This document shows, piece after piece, positions 29,454 through 39,405 of a stretch of 64,000 nucleotides of DNA (positions within the stretch are counted from its first letter, which is position 1; every line of letters starts with the position of its first letter). Origin of the DNA: Candidatus Omnitrophota bacterium (GTDB lineage Bacteria > Omnitrophota > Gorgyraeia > B26-G9); the NCBI GenBank assembly GCA_043826565.1, contig JBDRPX010000034.1:1096-65095 (forward strand). Direction: 5' to 3'. A program made the position numbers and the translations under genes. Below the pieces are notes generated by a model, which searched no databases, was not told where the DNA came from, and saw nothing but the letters and a program-made list of their open reading frames with translations.

Positions 29454-30393
29454 ATTTCGGTATAAAAGGGTTCCTCCCAGATTCCTTGTTTTCGGGAAGC
29501 AGATATTTTTTACTTGTTATTACTATAATATCACTTGCTGTTACCCCGGAAAGAACCTCAATATTCTCATCGTCAGAAACCCCTAGTTCAACCTTTTGTT
29601 TAACGATCTTATGTTTATCATGTTTTACTAAAACAAATTTTTCATCTTTATCTTCTATAACCGCTTTAACCGGGATACATAAAACATTATCTTTACTTTT
29701 GGTAACTATATCCACATTCGCGCTCATGCCCGAACGAAAAACATCAGGAATATCAGCCGGTAAAATATCAACCTCATAAATAGTAACATTGTTTAGAACT
29801 GTAGCTTCATATGATATATGATCAACTTTCGCTTTAACTTCTATTTCAGGGTAGGCATCCAAACTAACTATAGCCTCATAACCAATTTTTACCTCTCCGA
29901 TATCTGTCTCATCAACATCTGCTTTTACTATGAGACGATCCGATAAAACAATAATAGCATCATTAGCAACTACTGTCTGCCCCGGCTCAACTGCTCTCAC
30001 AATCACCACTCCATTGATTGGCGCAATTAGCGGAGTGGCATTATAAACTTTTTTCCAGTACCCCAATTCTTCCTTGTTGTTAAGATATGCTGCATCTAAA
30101 AGCGTTGCCCTTTCTGTTGAACTCATTAAAGCAAGGATATCACCGGTTTTGACTTTCTCCCCTTCTTTAACTAAAATTTCTTCTATTCTGCCGCCTATCG
30201 GCGGTTTGATCTCCAAACGATTCTGAGGTTCAACCTCTCCTGTTGTTGATATTATAGTTCGGATATTTCCATGCCCAGGCACTATTTCCCGGGCAGATTC
30301 CGGAAAATCATCTTTTTTACCCTGTTTCATAAATATAATTACTATAATAAAAGCAATAGCTAATAAACCAATATACCTCTTTTTATTTATCAT
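29434..30393 (-). CDS. MacA-like periplasmic adaptor (membrane fusion protein)
   Basis: N-terminal TM, ILVKEGEKVKTGD, APINGVV, VDETDIG; between macB and a TolC gene. Confidence 0.85.
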   Translation of the reverse strand: MINKKRYIGLLAIAFIIVIIFMKQGKKDDFPESAREIVPGHGNIRTIISTTGEVEPQNRLEIKPPIGGRIEEILVKEGEKVKTGDILALMSSTERATLLDAAYLNNKEELGYWKKVYNATPLIAPINGVVIVRAVEPGQTVVANDAIIVLSDRLIVKADVDETDIGEVKIGYEAIVSLDAYPEIEVKAKVDHISYEATVLNNVTIYEVDILPADIPDVFRSGMSANVDIVTKSKDNVLCIPVKAVIEDKDEKFVLVKHDKHKIVKQKVELGVSDDENIEVLSGVTASDIIVITSKKYLLPENKESGRNPFIPKFDRKKK

Positions 30394-31681
30394 ATTCCAA
30401 TATTCCTCCTCTTGCCTGAATCCAGTTAGCTTCGGTAATTAACATGCTTGCCCGAGAATCCAAAAAAGATTTCTTAGTGGATACCAAATTATCTTCTATG
30501 ATTATCCAGTCATTGAATGATATAAGACCGGCTGAATACTGAGCATTGGCTATTTTTGCCCGTTTTTCGGCAGCTTCAAGGTATTTTTGCCGCACAGAGA
30601 TATTATCTATTGCGTCCTGGAATTCTACCCAGGTTTTTTCCAATGTAAAAAGAATGCCATCACGCCCGCTTTGTTCATCAGCCTTAGCTTGATTTAATTC
30701 AGCTTTGGCTTTTGAAACTTTAGCTATACGGCTTCCTCCTTCAAATAAGGGAAAAGACAAACTTATTCCAGCTGACCATTGTTCTGCGCTCGGAGGCCAT
30801 GAAGAATCGCTCTTCCCTAAAGATCCATCCAAATAAACCTGAGGGGAAAAATCAGCCTTAACCGACTTAACCCCAAACCGAACTGCTTCTCTTTTAGCAA
30901 TAAGTTCCTTGAGCAAAGGAGTATTATCCGCTAAATAGTCAAAATCAGGTTTTACTCTATCAATTTCTGTAATTTCAAAATCACCAATGACTTTAATCGG
31001 CGCAAACCTCTTTCGGCCTAATTCCTTCATTAATTGTCTTTGCGCCAGCGTAATATTTCTTTTTGCCTGCATAACCTCAAGCTCCGCCTGCGCTAAATCC
31101 GCCTCAGCAGTTAATAAGGAACCTTCGTGTTCTCGGCCCGCCTCATATCGCAATCTTACAAGCTCTAAATTCTGGTTTCTGCGTAATGCGATATCCTCGG
31201 TTATAGACAAGAGTGCCTGAGCCCTGAGAAGCCCGGCAAAAGCCGTACTTAAATTCAGTCTTACATTAGAAGAGGTCACTGCATAGTCATATTGTGATGC
31301 CTTTATATTTTCTGAGGCAGCTCCAACATCATTGGATGTTTTAAAGCCGTCGAATAATAACTGTTTTCCGGTTACCCCATATGAATAAGTATCGCTTGTA
31401 CTCCTTGTTACACCGGTATCTACTCCTGTTCTCCTGCTATTGACCTCGCTGCTGATCTGAGGCAATGTAGAACTTCGAACAATTTCCTTATCTGCCCGAA
31501 ACTGTTTTAATTTTCCTGCTGCTGAAATAAGATCCGGATGGTTCTTAGCCGCCTCAGAAACACAATCATTCCATGTCATGCCATCCTCTGCATAAGCATC
31601 AGGCAAAAGAAAACTCAAAAATAATATTGTCATAGCGCCTTTTACAATTATCTTCATCGACAGATACCTCTTTATTTCCAA
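30383..31681 (-). CDS. TolC-family outer membrane channel
   Basis: Signal peptide, OEP repeats (QLLFDG, RYEAG, FPLFEGG, YSAG). Confidence 0.85.
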   Translation of the reverse strand: MEIKRYLSMKIIVKGAMTILFLSFLLPDAYAEDGMTWNDCVSEAAKNHPDLISAAGKLKQFRADKEIVRSSTLPQISSEVNSRRTGVDTGVTRSTSDTYSYGVTGKQLLFDGFKTSNDVGAASENIKASQYDYAVTSSNVRLNLSTAFAGLLRAQALLSITEDIALRRNQNLELVRLRYEAGREHEGSLLTAEADLAQAELEVMQAKRNITLAQRQLMKELGRKRFAPIKVIGDFEITEIDRVKPDFDYLADNTPLLKELIAKREAVRFGVKSVKADFSPQVYLDGSLGKSDSSWPPSAEQWSAGISLSFPLFEGGSRIAKVSKAKAELNQAKADEQSGRDGILFTLEKTWVEFQDAIDNISVRQKYLEAAEKRAKIANAQYSAGLISFNDWIIIEDNLVSTKKSFLDSRASMLITEANWIQARGGILEYDK

Positions 31682-31721
31682 TATCTAAAATAGTTCAAGT
31701 TCTGGGAGAAATATGATAGTG

Positions 31722-31970
31722 CTAACTTTTATTTTTCTTTTTGATCTCTTTTTTCATTGTAGTTAAATGCCCCTCTAAAAGTCCTAAAAACTTATTAAAT
31801 TCTTTTTCAGGAATAAGACTAATCACTTTTTCATGATGTGGTGGCCCGGAAATAATCACAACACTATCTCCTGATTTAATACCCAGCGCCTTCCTTGCTT
31901 CTGCAGGAATAACTATTTGTCCTTTTGTCCCCACTAATGCCTTGCCAAAAAACTTCGGTGAGCCTTTCAT
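31722..31970 (-). CDS. AbrB/MazE/SpoVT-family DNA-binding protein
   Basis: VGTKGQIVIPAEARKALGIKSGD. Confidence 0.85.
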   Translation of the reverse strand: MKGSPKFFGKALVGTKGQIVIPAEARKALGIKSGDSVVIISGPPHHEKVISLIPEKEFNKFLGLLEGHLTTMKKEIKKKNKS

Positions 31971-32012
31971 TCTTTCCTCCTTTATTTATCATGTGTCCTC
32001 AAACAAAGCTAA

Positions 32013-32077
32013 GTATGACTTGTATGAAATGTACTACCTTACATACAAAGCATACCCTATGGTCAAATAATTGTCAA
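32013..32077 (-). promoter_or_regulatory. Promoter and inverted-repeat operator of the AbrB-TolC-MacAB operon
   Basis: TTGACA (32077-32072), 17 bp, TATGCT; inverted repeat GTATGACTTGTATG (32013-32026) / CATACAAAGCATAC (32042-32055), 12/14 match. Confidence 0.6.
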
Positions 32078-32248
32078 GTACGTTTTATAATTTTTCCCTT
32101 TTAAGGGGGGCTTTGAGCGCAGGTAAGCGAAAACACGACGTGGTTGAGCCCGAGCTCTAGGGAGGGCGAACGGTATATTCAAGTCAATTCAGGTAAGAAA
32201 ATGTAAGAAAGGAAGGGTTTGAGCACTTTGTAGAGCGCAATCCAAGGG

Positions 32249-32284
32249 TCATCCGAAAGTTTTTATATAAAATGTCTTTTCCAT
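32249..32284 (-). pseudogene. Displaced miaB 5' fragment (att-like scar) MEKTFYIKTFG*
   Basis: In register with the miaB N-terminus; TATAAT 9 nt upstream; shares ACTTTCGGATGACC with the 27369 copy. Confidence 0.7.
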
Positions 32285-32338
32285 AGTTTATTCATTATAT
32301 AATCTGAGAGGAATTTAGGCAAGCTTTATTGAAACTCT

Positions 32339-35191
32339 TTAGTTTTGAGGAACGTCCGGTTTCGGGACAAAATCCGCTTCATTGCCAAGCAGATAAATGC
32401 TGTTGCCGTTATACCCGGAAGTTTGGGTTGTCCCTCCGGAAACCGGCTGCGGCGGCCGGGTAGTTTGCGTAGGCGTAGCGCTATTACTGCGCGGCGGTTT
32501 ATAAGTAGGAATATTTGATGTCGGACTGGGAATATTCGGAAAATTAATCGGAGTGTTCCCTGATGCCGGAGGATTAACACTCAGACCTCCTCCGGTACGG
32601 GTATTTGGGCTCTTATCTTTCGGCTTATACGGGAAATTTCTCAGTATCGGTTCCAATTGTCCAATAATCCCTCCGATATCCGGGGGAGTTTGCTGCGGCT
32701 GCGGATTCTGTCTTACCGGCGGACTAATCGGCAGCTGCGGTACCTGCGTAATCACCGGGTCAGGAGTTGTCTGCAAGGTGCCGTATGAAGGAACATCCGG
32801 TTCAGGTGTTACAGGACGTACGGTATGTACCGGTTCCCAGCCGGTTGTTTCCCCAAAACCAGGGTCATCATCAGCCTCTCCGGTTGAATCTTGCTTTTGA
32901 TTAAAGTCAACATCAACGCGCACGCTGTTGCCGTTGAAATCCTCACCAAAAATTACAGTTCGACGATGCACCATGCTTCGGTCCTGCGTGCCGTAACTGG
33001 CGGTGCGCTGATGAATACTGCCTTCGCTGCCGGCATTGATAAAAATTTTCTCGTGTAAATCTTCTTTAACGATTTTTCCTTCTCCCAGTATTTCCATACG
33101 ATTAAGAATCACCCCGACATTTTCCGCCTTAATCACAATATCATACTCCCAATTGCAAAATGTTATTGATGTTTTGGAAAGATCTTTGGTAACATTCGCG
33201 ATCGCCCCGGTAAGCACTGCTTTTTCCTGCGACTTAAGCATGATCGTCCACTGCGCTTCATGAGCAAACGGCAATTCCCCTTCATAAGAAGAGTAATTCT
33301 TGCATTGCGCAGTAACCTTAGCTTTCTTATTTTCCTGAGAGATATATTTATCATCAAAAGAAAGCTTGAATTTCCCGTCTTCCTGCGTGACAAAATCCCG
33401 GCGGATACCGTCGACCATGGCCGTTACCTGCGCCCCGGATACCGGCTTGGTTTTCATGCTTGCGCCCCAAAACTGATCGCTTTTTTCACTGATCGATTCG
33501 CACTGCACCGTACCGCTGATGATCACCGGGCCGAAATCAAAAAGCGTCAAAGTGATTTTTTCATCTTCCGCCACCCAGCTGCCTTCTTTGGGTTCCTGTT
33601 TTTGAACCGTAAATTCCTTGATCTTGTCCGGAGCACGTTCACCTTTTTCTTCCGTGATTTCAAACTTATTAGACTGGCCTTTTAATATGTTGATCGCACC
33701 GACCCGGTCGCTTTTAAGCACCTCCTGCAGTTTTATCGCTTCAACTTTTATTTCAGATAAAGGAATATCACATACCGCTATGCCCGAGTCCGGCACATTA
33801 TTATAACTGCCTTCGACCACAACCCGCAGAAACGCTCCGGACTTATCCGAAAAACGCAGCTGTCCCTGTTCTTCTTTCAGTCCTTTAACGCGTACCGTAC
33901 CTTCCAGTTTTTTCCACTCACTGGTCTGGCTCTTACTGATCGTGTCCTTGATCGTGCCGGCAAAATTACCGGATAAAAATCCCGGGGCTTTAGCCTCTAT
34001 GCGCACCTTCACATTCTGCGCCAAATCTTCCGGTTCAAGGTTCTGTACACGCACCTTAATATAATATTCATCTTCTTTGCCCTTAGCTTTAACCAGCACA
34101 ATATCTTCGGGCTTTACCAGCAAAGCGCTAAAGCTTCCCCGCCAAAGAGTATACGTTGCCTGGATCGCCCGCGACCAAGCTTTAAACGGCGCCTGCATAT
34201 CCGTGGTAATCACCGAGTACGTATCCAAAGAAACGTTTACTCTTTTGCGGATGCTGCCTACTAATGTATCCGGATTCTGCTGCAGTGTCGTTTCCAAAGT
34301 GCGCATCCTCTGCTGGAAATCATCCGCGCTGAAATACACATCAGGATCTTTCCGGTCCAAAACGTTTCTCGTTTCCAAAGCCAGGTCCTTTGCCAGCTGT
34401 TCCGCGGATTTATCTTTTTTCCAGAACGGGCTGATAAATCGGTTGTTTATATTTATGGAGATCCAATCCAGCGGAGTGAAAATATATTTTCCTTCAATAA
34501 GACCTTCGTAGACAAAGTGAGTACTGCCCATGACCGGCTGCATATTCGGGCCGTCATAATACAAAGGATCAAACCAGTTGGTATTTGAATCCGTATCTTC
34601 CTTTGCCCTTTCCACCAAAAGACGCCACTGCTCCGGAGTATAACTCTGACGATAAGAACCGGTAATATCCGGTCCGGGAACTATGTTTGCATTTATCTCC
34701 GAACGCGGCTGTCCGCTGACATGGAAAGAACAATTCATATCCTGAATAAAATGCGCGCTGTATGCCGCGTATTTTGCCGCGCGCTCCATAAGATCCTCAG
34801 CTCTTGCTTTATTATCGTATTTGGCCAGATCCTGCAAAGAATGCTTCAGCCCATTAAAATTAGTCTGCACGCTTTTCGGAGCAGATCCGGCTCCGGTGCG
34901 GGGATTATAATAATGTTCATCGTACTTTGAATTCGCGGGATTATCCGGGCCCTTTCCCTGCTTTGAAGAATCAATACGCGAATACTCGAATATTTTTTTC
35001 CGGTCAGGGAATTTTATTTCCTTAAACACCGGATGCTTTTCCAACTCATCATAGGCTTTATCATTAAGAAACTCATGCGTGGCCAGGCCCTTTGCACTGG
35101 GATGGTCCAGAGAACTCCACGCGCAGGCCAAAGACAAACTTATATTTAAAAATAAAGCACTCAGAAGTACAATACTTAAAAATTTTTTCAT
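32339..35191 (-). CDS. Secreted Zn-dependent phospholipase C / P1-nuclease-fold protein with PASTA-like, Ig-like and Pro-rich regions
   Basis: Start ATG 35191; mature N-terminal Trp (ACA-WSS...THEF), EHYYNP, HFIQDMNCSFH, THFVYE; TVQKQEPKEGSWV (PASTA); Pro/Gln/Thr tail. Confidence 0.7.
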   Translation of the reverse strand: MKKFLSIVLLSALFLNISLSLACAWSSLDHPSAKGLATHEFLNDKAYDELEKHPVFKEIKFPDRKKIFEYSRIDSSKQGKGPDNPANSKYDEHYYNPRTGAGSAPKSVQTNFNGLKHSLQDLAKYDNKARAEDLMERAAKYAAYSAHFIQDMNCSFHVSGQPRSEINANIVPGPDITGSYRQSYTPEQWRLLVERAKEDTDSNTNWFDPLYYDGPNMQPVMGSTHFVYEGLIEGKYIFTPLDWISININNRFISPFWKKDKSAEQLAKDLALETRNVLDRKDPDVYFSADDFQQRMRTLETTLQQNPDTLVGSIRKRVNVSLDTYSVITTDMQAPFKAWSRAIQATYTLWRGSFSALLVKPEDIVLVKAKGKEDEYYIKVRVQNLEPEDLAQNVKVRIEAKAPGFLSGNFAGTIKDTISKSQTSEWKKLEGTVRVKGLKEEQGQLRFSDKSGAFLRVVVEGSYNNVPDSGIAVCDIPLSEIKVEAIKLQEVLKSDRVGAINILKGQSNKFEITEEKGERAPDKIKEFTVQKQEPKEGSWVAEDEKITLTLFDFGPVIISGTVQCESISEKSDQFWGASMKTKPVSGAQVTAMVDGIRRDFVTQEDGKFKLSFDDKYISQENKKAKVTAQCKNYSSYEGELPFAHEAQWTIMLKSQEKAVLTGAIANVTKDLSKTSITFCNWEYDIVIKAENVGVILNRMEILGEGKIVKEDLHEKIFINAGSEGSIHQRTASYGTQDRSMVHRRTVIFGEDFNGNSVRVDVDFNQKQDSTGEADDDPGFGETTGWEPVHTVRPVTPEPDVPSYGTLQTTPDPVITQVPQLPISPPVRQNPQPQQTPPDIGGIIGQLEPILRNFPYKPKDKSPNTRTGGGLSVNPPASGNTPINFPNIPSPTSNIPTYKPPRSNSATPTQTTRPPQPVSGGTTQTSGYNGNSIYLLGNEADFVPKPDVPQN

Positions 35192-35204
35192 AACAAGATC
35201 CCTA

Positions 35205-36611
35205 TTACCGGATAGTAAATTTTGCGGATCTGCCGGCAAAGGCATTTCCGTATTTAATCGTAACCTGTAGCTCATACTCGCCGGCTTGCTTCGCCGCGGT
35301 TAACCCTATTTTGGCAGCGCTGCGCAGTCCGTTCGAAGCCTGAAAATCCGTAGTTTTGCTGTATTTAATTTCCCCTTCCTTGAGTATTGCATATGAAATA
35401 GCTATTGGCAAAATATCATCAAGGAGCGCGCTGTCACCTGCGGTATAATCAATCTCCAGAAAAAACTCTTCTCCCGGAGATACTTTTCCAGGATTTACTT
35501 TAACATCATGAATGACCACGCCCTGCTCAGCAACCAGTTCCTGGCTTTCAGCGGTATTCCGCTGTAAGCGTATATCTTTGGTAAAAAGCTGGTCTTGACG
35601 CACGCCGGTAACATGTATCTTTCCATTGGAGGCATTGACCCTGGCGATCACATCCTGGGAAGTCTTGACCGCGCTGTTATCGATATTAAGAATAATATCT
35701 TCTTTCTGCAGCCCGGCTTTTTCCGCGGCTGAGCCCGGAGCAATATCTTTGATATATATGCCTGCGCTATAACCTATATCCAGCAGATGTTTCGCCAGCG
35801 CCTGAGAAGGTGTTTCCATGATCACGCCTAAGATATATTTACTTTGTAAAGATACTGTCTGCTGCAATGCCATCCCCGGCAATGCTGTTTGAGCAAGCGA
35901 TTGCATTTGCGGCTGCTCCGGCATCACGCATTGCAAATATACCGGAAGATATTTCAGGGTTGCGTAATTCCAGCGATCTACTTCCACATGCATTTTTCCG
36001 GCCGCGCAAAAACCCACATTGTGGTATTGCTGCGGCAGCACGCCCGTGGCAAATACTTGTCGCCGATTAATAAAGAAAAACGTTCCCTGATCTTTCTTAA
36101 ATACAACCGCCAGCGTATTATATTCTCCATGCCGCAGGAGAACATCGCTGGCTGTCCAATCACAGATCACATTCGGCTGGCCGTTAATCATCTGGTCAAT
36201 ACGAAACTGTTTATTGCCGGAGATCAAAAAACGGTAGTATTCTACAGCCCGCGGCGCAACCGCCCAGACAAAACCAAAACCCTGCTCCGGAAAGCCTTCT
36301 TTCGTGCGCATTGTCACTTCCACGGAAAAGTCGCGATTGCGCGTGATCGCGGTCATAAGCAGGAAGGACAAATATCCTGCATCGGTCTTACCGATCACGT
36401 GATACGCGCCGTCTTTGTAAAATGTCTGGCCGTACTGGTCATTAGATTTTTTAAACCCGCCGCGGAAGGCGCTCTTGAACTCATACTCATAATGAACGCT
36501 CTGCTCAAATAAAGCATAGGAAACTGGAGACAGAAAAAAAGAAAAGATAACTGATAGGATAACGGTTAAGAAGATAATGTAAAAAAAATTCCTCAGCGTC
36601 ATAATTCCCAA
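35205..36611 (-). CDS. Secreted protein with beta-sandwich (ConA/LamG-like) and PDZ domains
   Basis: Signal peptide; YNTLAV..FFINRRQV; GIYIKDIAPGSAAEKAGLQKEDIILNID (PDZ). Confidence 0.7.
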   Translation of the reverse strand: MGIMTLRNFFYIIFLTVILSVIFSFFLSPVSYALFEQSVHYEYEFKSAFRGGFKKSNDQYGQTFYKDGAYHVIGKTDAGYLSFLLMTAITRNRDFSVEVTMRTKEGFPEQGFGFVWAVAPRAVEYYRFLISGNKQFRIDQMINGQPNVICDWTASDVLLRHGEYNTLAVVFKKDQGTFFFINRRQVFATGVLPQQYHNVGFCAAGKMHVEVDRWNYATLKYLPVYLQCVMPEQPQMQSLAQTALPGMALQQTVSLQSKYILGVIMETPSQALAKHLLDIGYSAGIYIKDIAPGSAAEKAGLQKEDIILNIDNSAVKTSQDVIARVNASNGKIHVTGVRQDQLFTKDIRLQRNTAESQELVAEQGVVIHDVKVNPGKVSPGEEFFLEIDYTAGDSALLDDILPIAISYAILKEGEIKYSKTTDFQASNGLRSAAKIGLTAAKQAGEYELQVTIKYGNAFAGRSAKFTIR

Positions 36612-36647
36612 GTATAATATATGCCGGTGTTTTTGTCAATCCGGAAT

Positions 36648-36797
36648 CTATTTCAACCCTAACCCCTTAGCAATGCCCGCGCCGTAATCTTTAGCTATTT
36701 TTTTAACCAGTCTTTGCTGCTCACCTTCCGGTAATAAGCGCTATAGATTGCCCGGCTGAACATAAAGCGTCCATTTAGGATAATCTCTATTTCTTAT
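36648..36797 (-). pseudogene. Heavily deleted catalase remnant
   Basis: Translation IRNRDYPKWTLYVQ-PGNL*RLLPEGEQQRLVKKIA-KDYGAGIAKGLGLK* joins three non-adjacent monofunctional catalase segments. Confidence 0.65.
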
Positions 36798-39376
36798 TAT
36801 TTAAAAAAACATATGACTTTCTGTGAAATCACATCCGACATTATTCTTAACCCGCTAGCTTCAACATCATATACTCCAATAATATCTTTATACTTAACTG
36901 CCTGAGGAATGAGTTCTGGGAATAAATTTTTTAATTTCACAAACCATTCATGATTGAACAAAACACCTTTCTTTTCCGGGAACAAGGCAATGTAGAATAT
37001 ATTGGTTTCCACTAAGTCCTGAAAAAAATGTGTTCCTAAGGATAACTCCGGCATTAGATTTCCCGCGGGAAAAGCAATCTCCACAAGTATTGACACATTA
37101 TTAATTTCGGCAAACTTGACCGGCACCCCTAAAGATGGAGTTGTTGTACCCCATCTGCCCGGCCCCATAAGCATCGTTCCCCTCTGATCTTTATTTTCTA
37201 TCGCTCTATTTAAATTTCCGACTAGGCGGCCGACCTCATACTTATCTACCCAGGGCAAATCTATATATTTCTGCGGATCAACATAAATAATTCTTTGGAT
37301 CTTTTGAGAAAAATTACCGCCCAAAAAATACCCTTGTGAGTCAAAAAGTATATCTTTCTTATTTATTTTATCCGGCATTTGAATCCTTTTACCTACTCCC
37401 CATGTTTGCAAAGGCCGGCACTGAAGAAGACTTATTTTAAATAGATTATCTTCAATGAAATTCACGGTAAATTCTATCTCAACCGGATAATGGTAACTAG
37501 ACTCAAGTATCCCGAGTACCTTCTTAAAAGTTTCCGCAAAAGTATTATCGCTAAATATCCGATCAAGTGTCAATATCCAGTATTCTTTGTCCGGCTCATT
37601 AGTTTTATTCATCAAACTCATCGATTCATAATCTTTTACGGCAATCCGATCGATATCGATATCGATATCGATTCTTGCGTCAATTAACGTCTGAAAAGGA
37701 ATTGTTCCGAAAATATTTTCTTTTATGTTTATCAAATCTACGTCGTGCTGGGAAAATTTTCTTAAATCACTCTTTTCCGAATAAGGCCGGCGTAAAGGCT
37801 CATCCAAGGCAACCATCCTGGGATAATCACCTTCAACGCGGTTAACCGCCCGCGTGCCCAAGCCAAAAACCAGCCGCAACATCCCGGCTTTGGGATCCAT
37901 GCTTTCGTTCCAAACATATGTATTATGGGACACACCCACTCCGGCTAAATCAGGAAAAAAATATTCACTATGGTTTGCTCCGGAAACCCGCTGTACCAAA
38001 AGAGCCATTTGCTCATCTAATTTGTCCAGGCCTCTTTGTTTTCTGTAAACCAGAGCATCTTCACTCATCGTGCTGGCGTAAATCTTTTTTACGGCTTCGG
38101 CAAATTGGATATACCTCTGCTCAGGACTTCCCTGATTAGCCAAAAAAATACTTTCATATTTGCCGGCAAAAGCATTGCCAAATCCGTCTTCTAAAAGTGA
38201 ACTTGAACGTATGATAATCGGAGAAGCGCCGAAATATTCTATGATCTGCTGAAACTGCTCCATGATCTCCGGAGAAAAAGAACCAAAAAGCATTTTTTCT
38301 CCTAAGATTTTCGCGACTAAGAAATACCCTTCTTTTTCTCTTTGCTGCACACGAAGCTTCCACCATTTATTTTGGACGATATATGAGTAAAAGATATCCG
38401 ATCCTATATAAAATGAATCATGCGGCTCGGACAGCTTCGGCCAATCCAACAATTTACTTTGGGCCAGGATATTGCGGGCCAGGAGCATGCCGGCTGTTTT
38501 CCCTCCGATAAACCCTGTTCCGATCAATCTTGATTTTATAGCGATAAGCTCTGAAAGTGAGAAGTGTTTCATCGCTAAAGATAAGATCTTTTTATTCCTG
38601 CTTATCATTATACCGGAGAGCTTTTTCATAATATCTTTTATTTCTTCTTTTGAAGCCCGGCTGTCGACTATCTCCTGGGCTGTTAAAAATAACCTGTCCC
38701 AATAATCAAGGTTCCGCTTAGCACTCTCAATACCCTTTTCGCTAATATGCGATAAGATCTCTACGGCATTAACACTATCGGTAATCGGAATAAAATTATC
38801 CTTATCTTTCTTATGCGGAAGAAACATGGTCGGTGAATAGCGGTCCCATACTTTCAAGGGATGAATGTAGCAGCTGCCTTGGCAGCGATAAACATCTATA
38901 AGCAGCTGGGTAGTTTCACGTATGCGGGCTATAGATTTAAAAGAATGATTATTGCGCAAAATCGAAAAATAGGTAAAAGTTTTAAGCTCATAAAGATAAG
39001 GACAGGTAACCATAAAAAAATTCCCGATCATAATATCTGAAGCCCAGGCGGAAAGAAGCTCGGAAAGACAATCAAATATATAATAAGAACCTTGCCCTTC
39101 CCGGGTAATAATATTATTCACTTTAGCCGTAAATGATTCAAATCCGGCTAGCGGGTTAAGCTCATAACGCTTAACCTTATCTGATTGTTTAATAAGCTCT
39201 TTATGTGAAGCAAAACGTATGTAAATAACCTTCTTATTTTCCCCTAATGCCTGACGCACAAAAGGCTTAACCAAGTCAATGTAATCGTTTAAGTTATCTA
39301 TCTGCCAAACGACATTATCGCCTTTGCGAAGGCCGGTAATTACATTATCCAAACCTTTTATTCCGGTACTTATCAT
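36797..39376 (-). CDS. PEP/pyruvate-binding (PPDK_N ATP-grasp) domain protein with N-terminal RecA/KaiC-like remnant
   Basis: ISTGIKGLD start; IGGKTAG, IRSSSLLEDGFGNAFAGKYES, GLGTRAV, LLQCRP, GPGRWGT, GTHFFQDL. Confidence 0.85.
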   Translation of the reverse strand: MISTGIKGLDNVITGLRKGDNVVWQIDNLNDYIDLVKPFVRQALGENKKVIYIRFASHKELIKQSDKVKRYELNPLAGFESFTAKVNNIITREGQGSYYIFDCLSELLSAWASDIMIGNFFMVTCPYLYELKTFTYFSILRNNHSFKSIARIRETTQLLIDVYRCQGSCYIHPLKVWDRYSPTMFLPHKKDKDNFIPITDSVNAVEILSHISEKGIESAKRNLDYWDRLFLTAQEIVDSRASKEEIKDIMKKLSGIMISRNKKILSLAMKHFSLSELIAIKSRLIGTGFIGGKTAGMLLARNILAQSKLLDWPKLSEPHDSFYIGSDIFYSYIVQNKWWKLRVQQREKEGYFLVAKILGEKMLFGSFSPEIMEQFQQIIEYFGASPIIIRSSSLLEDGFGNAFAGKYESIFLANQGSPEQRYIQFAEAVKKIYASTMSEDALVYRKQRGLDKLDEQMALLVQRVSGANHSEYFFPDLAGVGVSHNTYVWNESMDPKAGMLRLVFGLGTRAVNRVEGDYPRMVALDEPLRRPYSEKSDLRKFSQHDVDLINIKENIFGTIPFQTLIDARIDIDIDIDRIAVKDYESMSLMNKTNEPDKEYWILTLDRIFSDNTFAETFKKVLGILESSYHYPVEIEFTVNFIEDNLFKISLLQCRPLQTWGVGKRIQMPDKINKKDILFDSQGYFLGGNFSQKIQRIIYVDPQKYIDLPWVDKYEVGRLVGNLNRAIENKDQRGTMLMGPGRWGTTTPSLGVPVKFAEINNVSILVEIAFPAGNLMPELSLGTHFFQDLVETNIFYIALFPEKKGVLFNHEWFVKLKNLFPELIPQAVKYKDIIGVYDVEASGLRIMSDVISQKVICFFK

Positions 39377-39405
39377 ATTAATAGTCTCTTCCCTGATTGT
39401 GCAAA

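Noticed and set aside
37648-37672. (ATCGAT)n microrepeat encoding IDIDIDID
   Set aside because: A short in-frame slippage with no evidence of function.
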